Part shown: piece by piece, positions 39,573-51,800 of the stretch
Position numbering within the stretch: the first letter of the stretch is position 1
Layout of the letters: every line of letters begins with the position of its first letter
DNA from: Octopus sinensis
Taxonomy: Eukaryota
DNA length: 64,000 bases
NCBI RefSeq assembly: GCF_006345805.1
Contig: NC_042997.1
Coordinates: forward strand, 208,816,001 to 208,880,000
Direction of reading: 5' to 3'
The notes under the pieces: model-generated
What the model saw: the letters and a program-made list of their open reading frames with translations, nothing else
Told to the model about the DNA's origin: nothing
The model's database searches: none
Position numbers and translations under genes: made by a program

Positions 39573-39646
39573 GATTATAAGCTGTTCATGATTGTTGAGA
39601 CAAATTCGTTTATATGATTAATTTGTTATCTTTTAATTAGAGAAAG

Positions 39647-39802
39647 ATGTCGTTAAAGTGTGCAATTTCCTGCCTGCTGTTGTTTGCCATCATCACAGCA
39701 GTGAACTCTGACATTTTCTGTCAAAGTCCCCGTGGTTCCAATAACAGACTCAATGAAAAATCAGCCCAACGCAAAGAAGCAAACCGTTTGTTTGACTCTC
39801 AG
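39647..39802 (+). CDS. DD3-3-like B coding exon 1 (MSLKCAIS...RLFDSQ)
   Basis: Acceptor ttttaattAG at 39640, ATG at 39647, donor CAG|GTAAAA, phase 0. Confidence 0.9.
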
Positions 39803-42800
39803 GTAAAAACACCTTTCCTCTTCAGTTCACTTCTGCTCTTCTTTTGCTTTCTTTTGTTGTTTTTATTATTATTATTATTTTAGGTGATCCTGATGCTGCA
39901 AAAAAACAAAACAGTATACAGCAATCCCTCACTATATCACAGTTCACCTATCACAGTTCACCTATCAGGGTTCACCTATCAGGGTTCACCTATCACAGTT
40001 CACTTATTAGGGTTCACCTATCACAGTTCATCTATCGGGGTTCACCTATTGCTGTTCACCTGTTGCGGTCCACCTATTGCAGTTCACCTATTGCAGTTCA
40101 CCTATTGCAGTTCACCTATCACAGTTCACCTATCACAGTTCACCTATCACAGTTCACCTATCACAGTTCACCTATCACAGTTCACCTATTACAGTTCACC
40201 TATCACAGTTCACCTATCACAGTTCACCTATCATGGTCAACATCTTGCAGTTCACCTATCATGGTTCACATCTTGCGGTTCACCTATCATGGTTCACCTA
40301 TCGCGGTTCACTTATTGCAGTTATTATTATTTAAGCTTGTCTCGATTCCTCCGTGGTGTTGTTTTGCATTTATAATAAAATAAATATATACAAATTATAA
40401 AAAGAATAGAAAAAATATACAGTTCAGTACTGTTCCTGCTTCGCAGATTTTCACGTATTGCAGGGGGTTTTGGAACGTAAAACCCGCAATAGTCGAGGGT
40501 TAACTGTACTGGGATATTTTGGCGCAGGCATGGCTGTGTGGTAAGAAGCTTGCTTCCCAACCACATGGTTTCAGTTCCAGTCCCACTGCATGGCACCTTG
40601 GGCAAATGTCTTCTACTATGACCTTGGGCTGACCAAAGCCTTGTGAGTGGATTTGGTGGACGGAAACTGAAAGAAGCCCATCATATATATAGTTATATAT
40701 ATATATATATATAATGTATATATGTATTTGTGTGCCTGTATTTGTCGATGCCAGGTCTGACTGACTGCCCCACTCTCCTTGTTTCGGCGGCATGTAAAAA
40801 GCACTATCTGAACGTGATCGATGCCAGGCTGGTTCCTGTGCAGGTGGCACATAAAAAGCATCCACTACACTCTTGGAGTGGCTGGCATTAGGAAGGGTAT
40901 CCAGCTGTAGAAACCTTGCCAGATCAGACTGGAGCCTGGTGCAGCCTTCTGGCTCTCCAAACCTCAGTCAAACTGTCCAACCCATGCCAGCATGGGAAAT
41001 TGATGTTAAATGATGATGATGATGATGATGATAGATATTTTGGTTTTTCTCTTCAGAACAACAACAAAGGTGGTTACAATGTTGGTGATGCTACAGACGC
41101 AGCAGCAAAGAAGGTCGAAGATCAATACCAAATGGTGAGCAGAACTTAACAAGTTTTTATCTCATTATTTTTTTTTTATGCTAAACTCATTTAGGAAACA
41201 AAATGAGAAGCCCTTTCTTATTTGGTGATCCTTCTCCATTTCTTGTTGTTTCAGAAATACTTCCAGAGTGCTTCCATATCAAGGAAAGATCCAAAGAAGG
41301 GCAATACCTTTCTGAAACTGGAATGGGTCAACCAGCATGGTTGTGGCGTAGATGATGAGAAGGACCCAAACAAGAAGCGGTGCAATATAATCTTGCAGTA
41401 CATGTGTCAGAAAATGAACCCTGGTCAGTTGTTTCTTAGTAATAAAAATAAGGCCTGTAAATTTGGGTGGGGGCGATGGGGAAAGTTGACCCCATATGAA
41501 TAATTTTATGTTAGAGTGAATGAATTAGTAGCTTAAAACATGAACTTGTATATCGACATGGATGAGTTAGTATCATACTCATCCTCCTCACCATCCTCAT
41601 CGTTTAACGTCTGCTTTCCATGCTAGCATGGGTTGGACGATTTGACTGAGGGCTGGCGAACCAGATGGCTGCACCAGGCTCCAGTCTTGATCTGGCAGAG
41701 TTTCTACAGCTGGATGCCCTTCCTAACGCCATATAAAACTTGTATTCCGTTTCATATTTGTTATTTCTGAATCATAGTTAGTTGGAGGAGAAAAAAATAG
41801 TTGGAGGAACAAAAGTAAGTCTTAAACTATAAACAGGGATAATATAGAAAGGTTAGCAATTATTGATATGAAAGCCTTTAGCTATGAAATTACAGATGAT
41901 GTAAAAAGAGCCTAACATTCTGTTAAGTGAGCAGAATTATAAATGAGATTCTTCTTACAGATATGTTGCAGATATAACTGTCTCCTCTTCAGATAAACTG
42001 CAACCTAATTTCCCAGCTACATCATCATCATAATCCTCATTATCATCGTTTAATGTCCGCTTTCCATGCTAGCATGGGTTGGACGATTTGACTGAGGGCT
42101 GGCAAATCAGATGGCTGCACCAGTCTCCTATCTTGATCTAGCAGAGTTTCTACAGCTGGATGCACTTCCTAATGCCAACCACTCCGAGAGTGTAGTGAGT
42201 GCTTTTACATGCCACCGGCATGGGGCCTGTCAGGTGGCACTGGCACCGACCTTGCTCGAATCTTTTACACATGCCACTGACACGGGTGCCAGTAAGGTGA
42301 TGCTGGTAACGATCCTGCTCGAATGGTGCCCTTTTACATGCCACCGGCACAAAGCCAGTTACCCGCTCTGGCAACGATCACGCTCAGATGGTGCTCTTGG
42401 CACCCTACTAGCATGGGGCACAAGTGCCAGTAAGGCGACACTGGTAATGATCACACTCGAATGGTGCCTTTTATGTGCCACTGGCACGGAAGCCAATTAG
42501 CTGCTCTGTCAACGATCACACTCGTATGGTGCTCGTGCCCGTCATCGAATTTCACTTTGATTTTGATTTTGATTTATTATTTTTATTATTATTATTATTA
42601 TTATTATCAATATTAATTAACGATTACTCAACAATAATTATATTACAGACGATAAGCTTGACGTATTGAGAGATGGAGTGAACACTAATAAACAAAATTT
42701 CAATGAGAAAAACGTAAATCCCAAGACTCGTAAGGAGAGTCATAAAATTAAGGGTAAAGCTGTTAAAGCAGATTCTGGCCTTCACGAGACCTGGGATTGG

Positions 42801-45800
42801 TATCACAAATGTTATCAACGTGAACGAAATAATGGTAAGTTTTGGTAGTTCGCTATTTTCTGCTAAGATCTTTAAATAATTTATTTTTACAACTAGGTAA
42901 GCAAAGTCACTAAAAGTTAAATGCCTTTAGAAGGATTAGAACTCACCAGTGAGAATATATGAACTGTTGATATTTCAAACACCTTAACAACTCAACCATC
43001 TGAATTCTCTAGATTTCTTTCCTTAATCTCTCTCTATATAAAGCTGAAGTTGTGTGTGTGTCTGGCAGGTTTGGTAGCCTTCAACTAACACTATCTCCTC
43101 CGAGACCCTGCAGCACAAGTTGACCAAAATTGAGAGTATGATAGAAGAAGGCTTGCTCTTCATTCCATAAAAGATAAAATTCAAATCAGACCATGTTAAC
43201 ACCAAAATTTAATTACATCAAAAAGGTGCTTTTTTTCTATGAAAATCCCTATTTTTTACGATTTTTTTACTGGTGTGTCGCCATTTTTCAGTGTATTTCA
43301 ACTAGAAAAATGTTCACTTAAAGAGAATAACAAGCTACATAATGTGAAATTTTTACTTTTCAAAAATTCCAAATCTAAAGGGTCGAAACAAACCCGAGCA
43401 ACGCCAGGCGATACTGCTAGTACATGATAAAACTAGCAGAATCTATGGAAATTCTGTTTTACAAATATTCTTATTGCAAAACCTCAGGGGAAATGCATTT
43501 ATCATTCCCATAAATCAGTGCAGCAACAATGTCTTGCTCCAACATCATCATCATCCTCATCATCATCCTCATCATTATCATTTAATGTCCGTTTTCCATG
43601 CTGGCAAGTTTCTTATCACACAGCCATGCCTACACCTATATATTTACAGCCCTTCATAATGTTTGATTAATCTAAAGATTTTTGGTTAAGTTTTCAATTT
43701 CATTGAGGGTGCATATCATACTGGGGGTTAGGCTGTTGCATTGACAGTCTCAAGATTAGGGTTTCAGTTCCCAGACCAGACAGTGTGTTGTCTCCCTGAT
43801 CAAAAGATGTATCCCATGGCTCTTTCACTCCACTCAGTTGCAGATGAGTGATGCTGCAATGGATCAGCATCCAGTTCAGTGGGGAATATTATGATCCCAA
43901 TCACTTATACAGCTTGGAAATTCGGTACCTGGTGCTGTGAGTCCTAGGATGCAAGGTTGTAATTTTCCAGGGTCTCATCCTCATGACCACCACCATCATC
44001 ATCGTCGTCGTCGTCGTCGTCATCATTTAACATCCATTTTCCATGCTGGCATGGGTTGGATGGTTTGACAGGAGCTGGCGAGGCCAGAGAGCAGCACCAG
44101 GCTCCATTATCTGTTTTGGCAAGGTTTTTATGGTCGGTTGCCCTTCCTAATGCTGACCACTTTACAGAGTGTGCTGGGTGCTTTTTGTGTGGCACTGACA
44201 CACCTGCTTTTGACATGGGACAGCTACCAGCTCTTTGACACCAGCACCAATGCTTTTTATGTTTTCCCTTTCTCTCAATTTCATTCCATAGTTAAGTTTG
44301 TTTAATGCATTACACTCAATCCTGTTTTGTTATATTAAAGATTTTTAATTCATCTTCAACTGTATTCCCCTATCCCACCCCAGCCCCACACACGTTACCT
44401 TTAATTACATTTGAGATGATCACCTTTATAATATTTCTTTCTTTATTATCTCAACACTTTTCAGGTTTATTTGCTGCTGACCAAAACTTGAATGATAAAA
44501 ATGGTTATAAGCGAGCCACTCAAACCCGCCAGAACAATGGTGGGGGCAGAAGTGGTTATGAATGCCCAGAGGAGAGAGATTATTATCCTTACTGGCACCC
44601 AACCCCGTGGCTTGATATTGCTGTCTTTTCTCAAAAATCTGAAGATTGTCAGTAAGTGATGTTCATTCACTTGTTATTTGCAGGTTCATGTATGACTGAC
44701 GGGTCAAAAAGTTTGCTTTACAACTACTAGCCACACCACCAGAATAACCGCCAAATGCAGATGTCTCACGGGATGGAGCTTATGAGTTTTCACCACAAGA
44801 AAACCAGTAATTATACTGATTCTATGGAAAGCTGTAATTCTCAGCAGATTAGATTACTGGCCACCGCTTTCGTCTCCAAGCTCATCTTGTCTCGTACAAG
44901 AGATTGAAGGGTTACAAGGAACATTAATGAGTAAAATAACTTTGGTTAAAAGCCTCGATTCCTGGGAATGTCTGAAAGCTCTGTGTCTCTGAGTCTCTGC
45001 ATCCTTCCATACTTGTTTGGTGTTGCTGAAGAAATAGAAAACCGAAAAGTGGTTTTTAATTTTGTATCAAATATGTGTAACATGAACTGAAATTATATGA
45101 GGTCTGTTCAAATTGTATCAAGGCGGCTACTGTAAAAAGAAAACTACAACAATATCAATTCCCCTTCAAAATTGTTCCCTTCTGAAGCTGCACACTTTAT
45201 CTCCCATCGTTTCCTTTGTTGGAAGCATTCCTGGAACTCTTGTTTTGGGATAATGAGCAGCTGCCTTGTCACATTCCGTTGGATTTCCTCAGCATCTTGA
45301 AGCCTTGGTTAAGTCTTACACTGTGAAGACTGAGCCTTGACTTCAGGATAATCACCAGAGACCCTTAATTCATGACCTGTTATGACTGTTTTTAAAAAAG
45401 GTTTTGTCTTCCTCAACACAGTCAAGGAGATCCTGCACAGCTGAAACTTAATCCTCTCTTTGAGGTGGCCACACTCTACACACTTTACTTCAAAGCACGT
45501 CTATAAACAATGGAAGTGAGTGAGAATGTTATAACTTGGTGTGCATGAGTGAAGGAGTTTACGGTCAAACTGTACCAGGTGGCTTCCCTTTGCATACTTT
45601 AGCTCTGTTCCCATAGCAACAGTCCCAGTGCATTTTGATCAGACCTCATTGTAATTATTGTCAAAGGATATGAACTATACTTTCTACAACAACAGCATTG
45701 CTATAAAGAAAATCAGTCTCAGTCAATGAATTTATACATCTCACCAAAAGAATGAAGACAGGTTCCGTGTCAGTGGAATGCCAATCACCCTTTGCTCCTT

Positions 45801-48800
45801 ATTTTTGTTTCTCTCTCTCTCTCATTATCTTCCCCTCGTTTGTACATATAATGTAACTAGCTGTCAGGTGTGCAATTCTGTTTTAGGGCAGGACTCACCA
45901 AACTACGGCCCACAGGTCATGATCTGTTATGTTCTTAAAAAGGTGACCCTGTGCAGCTGAAGCCCAGTCTTCTACAAACTCTATTTCCAAGCATTGCTAG
46001 AAAGAACAGAAGCGTGTGAGAACATCTTTTATTTAGTGTACACGCAACACTGAGTTCAGGATCAATTTGTGAGAAGTGGCTTCACTTTGCATATTTTAGC
46101 TCTGTTACCATAGCAATAGTGCTGATACTTTTTTGATAAGATCTTGTATTTGGATTATGTTTGCAGAAATTACCGTGATAAGAGCTTCAATCAGCATAAT
46201 TATGGAGAATGTGTAGAGTTTTACCCAGATAAGACAAGAAAATGTGCGTCAAGATATAACAATAAAGCAGCGTGTGAGAGTAACAAGAAGACTTGGGTTG
46301 AGTTTTCTAGTTACCTTGAGAAAGCACCAGGTAAGTAGATATGATTGATGCCATTTACCTGTGTCTTCTGCTCATTTCTGTTGCTGCCTGTTAAATATAC
46401 ATGGACACCAATATACATAGGTGCAGGAGTGGCTGTGTGGTAAGTAGCTTGCTTACCAACCACATGGTTCCGGGTTCAGTCCGACTGTGTGGCACCTTGG
46501 GCAAATGTCTTCTACTATAGCCTTGGGCCAACCAATGCCTTGTGAGTGGATTTGGTAGACGGAAACTGAAAGAAGCCCATCATATATATGTGACCTCGTG
46601 TGTCCCGTTGGCGATTTTTTTTTCCTCCGTCTTCCCTTCTCTGGATCTTTCCTTCTCCTATGTTTCCGACGAAGAGCTCCGCTCGAAACGTTAAACCCTC
46701 CTTCTTTCCTTCTTTTCCAAGCGTCCAATAATACCATATTTGTTCCACGTCCTCGCATTGTTGTGTTTTTTTTGTGTTTTCTTGTTTGGATTAACTCTCT
46801 ATATATATATGATGATGATGATGATATATGTGTGTGTGTGTGTGTGTGTTTTTATTTGTAAGCCTCATCACTTGACAACCTTTGCTGGAGTGTTTATGTT
46901 CCTGTAATTTAGCAGCTTTGCAAAAGAGACCTCTGGAATAATTACTAGGCTTACAAAGAATAATTCCTGGGGTCAATTCCCTCGACTAACACCCTTTAAG
47001 ATGGTGCTCCAGCATGGCTGCAGTCAAATGACTGAAACAAGTAAAAGAATAAAAAAATATGAATTGATATACAATGATCCCTATGTTACTTCGCGGATCA
47101 ACTATCACAGATTCACGACTTTGTGGATTTTAAAAATATATATATATGAACTCCTAAAATTTGTTATTAATAGACTACTGTAATGGGTGGATTGTTAACA
47201 GTACAGGGAGGGTTTTAAAAGTCCAAATACACGTTAAATAAATACTGTAAATATGGTGTCCCTACTTTGAGGAAATTCAGTTATCGCAGCCAGCCTCGGA
47301 ACCAATCTACCGCGATAAACGAAGGATCACTGTAATTAATTCCTTGCTGTACAACTACTATGACATCTCTCTATAACCACTATGCCATGCCTCTACAATC
47401 ATTACAACAAACCTCTATGACAAACCTCTTTTATGACATGTTTCCAGCTATAATTATGACGCATCTCTACTCTCACTATGACATGCTTCTACAATCGCTA
47501 TGACATATCTTGTTTGATTCTATGACTTTATCTTTATAGCTGCCTTGTCATAAAATAACTTTATTCTTAGGGCAATGGGCTTGCAGAAATGTTAGCACAC
47601 CAGGCAAAATGCTTAGCGGTATTTCGTCTATCATTATGTTCTGAGTTCAAATTCCATCAAGGTCAACTTTGCCTTTCTTCCTTTCGGGTCGATAAATTAA
47701 GTACCAGTTTCATACTGGGGTCAATCTAATCGATTGGCCCTGCTCCCTAAAAATTTGGGGCCTTGTACCAGGAGTAGAAAGAATACGACTTTATTCTTAG
47801 AGTGACGAGCTGGCAGAATCGTTAAGCACGCCAGGTGAAATGATTAGCAATATTTCATCTGCCGTTATGTTCTGAGTTCAAATTCTGCCGAGGTCAACTT
47901 TGCCTTTCATCCTTTCGGGGTCGATTAAATAAGTACCAGTACTGGAGACGATGCAATAGACTTAATCCCTTTGTCTGTCCTTTTTGTCCCCTGTATGTTT
48001 AGTGCCCCGTGGGCAATAAAGAAATAAATATAACAAGGCAAGTGAGAATCAAATCAAATCAAAATCGATGAACATCAATGGAATTTGTATCTTTGTGGTA
48101 CCAGTGCCGGTGGCACATAAGAAAACCATCCGAACATGGCCATAGCCAGTACCACATTGACTGGCCTCCGTGCTGTGGGCACGTAACAAACACCATCTGA
48201 TCGTGGCCGTGCCAGCCTCGCCTCGCCTCCGTGCCGGTGGCATGTAAAAAACACCATCCGAGCGTGGCCGTTCGCCAGCCTCATCTGGCACCTGTGTCGG
48301 TGGCACATAAAAAGCACCCACTACACTCACGGAGTGGTTGGCGTTAGGAAGGGCATCCAGCTGTAGAAACACAGCCAGATCTGACTGGGCCTGGTGCAGC
48401 CTCCTGGCTTCCCAGACCCCAGTTGAACCGTCCAACCCATGCCAGCATGGAAAACGGACGCTAAATGATGATGATGATGATGTTCTTGAGCTGGGTCATA
48501 ACCTCCATACTAGCCTCTCCGTGCTCACTCAATTCAGCATCTTCTTAGCATTCTACATTGTCAACAAGAATCCTTCAGTCCACCACCACCACCACCACCA
48601 CTAACACCCCCAACACCACCTACATTACCCCCTATCCCCACTGCCAACATCACCACCAACACCACCCACCACCACCACCGTTACCACAACACCATCAACA
48701 CTAACATCACCACCATCACCGCCAACACCATCAACACTAACATCACCACCATCACGAACACCACCACCACCACCACTGCCACCACCTTATTCATTATTCA

Positions 48801-51800
48801 AATTAATGAATAATTCCAGAGTCCTAATCTACCAAATTTTCTTCCAGAATATAAAACTGCTGAAGAATGCAAGAAGGCCAAATCAAAAGTCAATGTAGAA
48901 CATGTGTGGGGCCTTCCTTGGGACACCAAAAATATCAGCCACAAAGAATGTTTGGTGCGTGCAGATGTTCCCGTATGTCAGAAAGCTGCTTATTCTAGGT
49001 AAGTTCTGAATAAAGAATTATGTTTTTTCTTATTTATTATTTTACATAGGTGCAGGGGTTGGACAAAATAATGGAAACCCCTTAAAATTTCAAACAAATT
49101 AATTTTAATATAGGGTGGAACTGCCTTTGGCAGTAATTACAGCTTGAATTCTACAAGGTATGGACTCGTACAAAGTTTGAATTGTTTCCAAAGGAATTTT
49201 TGTCCATTCTTCAGTTAAAACAGTCTCCAGTTCTTGTAGTGATGATGGTGGAGGATATTGACTCTTTACTCGTTTTTCTGAAATGCACCATAAATATTCA
49301 ATAATATCGAGATGTGGGGACTGTGGTGGCCAGATAAGATGTTCAACTTCACTAGAATGTTTCTCGTGCCATTCAGTAATGACTTTAGCTGTGTGAATTG
49401 GTGCATGATCATCCTGAAGATTGCGTTTCCCTCCGGAAACAGTTCTGCAGCCATAGGATGAATTTGATCAGATAAAATGCTTAAATAGTCTTGACTATTA
49501 ATTCTGCTATGAAGGGAAACCATTGGGCCTGCAGATTTCAAGATATAGTCCCCCAGATCATCACAGATCCTCCTTCATGGAAGAAGGCAGTCTGGGTCAA
49601 ATACTTCTTTTGGCTGTCTCCACATGTATACTCGGCTGGTGGTCAAAAATAAGGTAAAGGATGACTCGTCCAAAAAAAAATAGCATTCTTCCACTGCTCT
49701 AGGGACCAATTCTGTAGGTTTTTACTCCACTCTGAATGCTTTGCAATGTTTGTTTTTGAAAGTAATGGTTTTTTGGTCATTTCTTTCAAGACAATACTTC
49801 TTGATACACCAAACATTTCGGCTGTTTCCGTTACGCTAATGCCTGCCATACGAGCACCAACAATTTTTACCTCTTTGAAAGTCTGATTGATCTGTCATTT
49901 TAATGAATTTTAATTACCTTTTTGTGATGATATCTGAAAAAAAAACAGTAATTTTAGCAAAACATATTAAGCAATGCTAATAATAAATCAAAAAAACAAA
50001 AATAAACAAGCTTTTGATGGTTTTATAGATATTTCAAAATTATGATGCTGTGTGTTCCCATTATTTTGCCCAAACCCTGTATCTTTAGAAGACAGGAAAA
50101 TGTGGCCAGCTAAAGAGAATTGAACCCTGTACCTCTCAAATTCCTGATGAGTACTTTGTACCATTAAGTTGAGCAAACCCTGACAGCAAATACTGTCTTT
50201 TATAACACTAAACAATAGCTGTTGGAATGTGAGAACATTTTTTATAAACAAACTTAAAAATGCTGAGTGAGTATTTTACAGAAAATGAAGTAAATCTTGA
50301 ATGCAGAATATCTGTGAAAACTGCTCAGGTGATCAGGTAAAAACCTTCAGAAGATGGGAAAAAGTGGCCAGCAAGCGCTACAGAGAATCGAACCCTGTAC
50401 CTCTCAATCCTCTGTAGTGGCTTGCTGACTGATTTTATTTTTTTCATCTCCTAAGGTATTTACAGATCTAAATTGTTTCCACAGGTATTCTGCATTTGAA
50501 ATTTCCTATATTGTCAGTAAAATACTAAAACAGTTATATCTTATCCTTTTCTACTCTAAGCACAAGGCCCAAAATTTGCGGGGAGGGGGCCAGTCGATTA
50601 GATCAACCCCAGTAAGCAACTGGTACTTAATTTATCGACTCCGAAAGGATAAAAGGCAAAGTTGACTTCGGCAAAATTTGAACTCAGAACATAAAGAGAG
50701 ACGAAATATCGCTAAGCATTTCACCCAGTGTGCTAATGTTTCTGCCAGCTTGCTGCCTTGACAGTTTTATCTTAACATGCCCAAACATTTCATTAAAAAT
50801 CTTTAATTGATCATTATTAAAGTGTTTATATATATATATATATATATAACAGATAAGTGGTACAACATGGCACCAAATGTTTACTGGAAAATAGCAATCA
50901 ATACAAATACAACGCTATTGTATGGCTTCACTGCGTATTTACTAGCAAAGACGTGTGTGTGCAACAAACCTGAAAAATTTGTCATACCTCCAGGAAGAAC
51001 ATTTGATAAACGGACAACCCAGAATCGGATAATGCAGGACTGGTTTCTGACTCTTCAAATACGTTTGACAACGTAAATTTGATCAGTCTTCATCAGCTGC
51101 ATTTACCTAGACAATATTTCAAATGTTGCCGCATCAATGCCATTATACTCACCTGAACGCCTAGTCTTTAAGTAATTTATTTTATTTCCTTATGTCACAG
51201 AATTTGAAGAATTCCATGAAATTTAATTGCTTCATCCTGCGTAAACAATTTCTTCCATTTCTTACACAGAACAAACCATTTGGGTAATGGACTCTCAGGA
51301 ACAATGAATTCCTTTATGTGGAAACTTCCTTATTTTCCGTCTGGTAATGAAAAGCGCTGCGTCTTCAGAATCAGGTAAGTTGTTTCCACGTATGTTCTTC
51401 TTCTTCATCATCATCACTTAACATCTGTTTTCCATGCTGGCATGGGCTGGACAGTTTGACAGGAACTGGCAAGCCAGAGAGCTACACCAGTCCTCAGATG
51501 TCTGTTGTGGAATGGTTTCTACAGTTTCGTGCCCTTCCCTAACACCAACCACTTTACAGAGTATATAGGGATGCTTTTTCCATGGCACCAGCAGCAGTGA
51601 CATCACTAAGGAACTTGCAAGACATGACAAAATCCCTTCAACTGGGGTGGGCCAGGGAGTATTATGAAGGCAGGTGGCTTGGTGCCAGTTGATGAGAGAG
51701 ATTAAAAGAATAATGGAGAGATAGAGAGAGGTGCCTTGCTCTAGAAGAGATACGAGGATACCCCATTTGAAGAAAAAGGTAGAGAAAGAGAGAGATGAAG

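Noticed and set aside
39844-40383. Repetitive [14 protein letters not shown] ORFs
   Set aside because: 14-bp minisatellite, open in all frames, inside an intron
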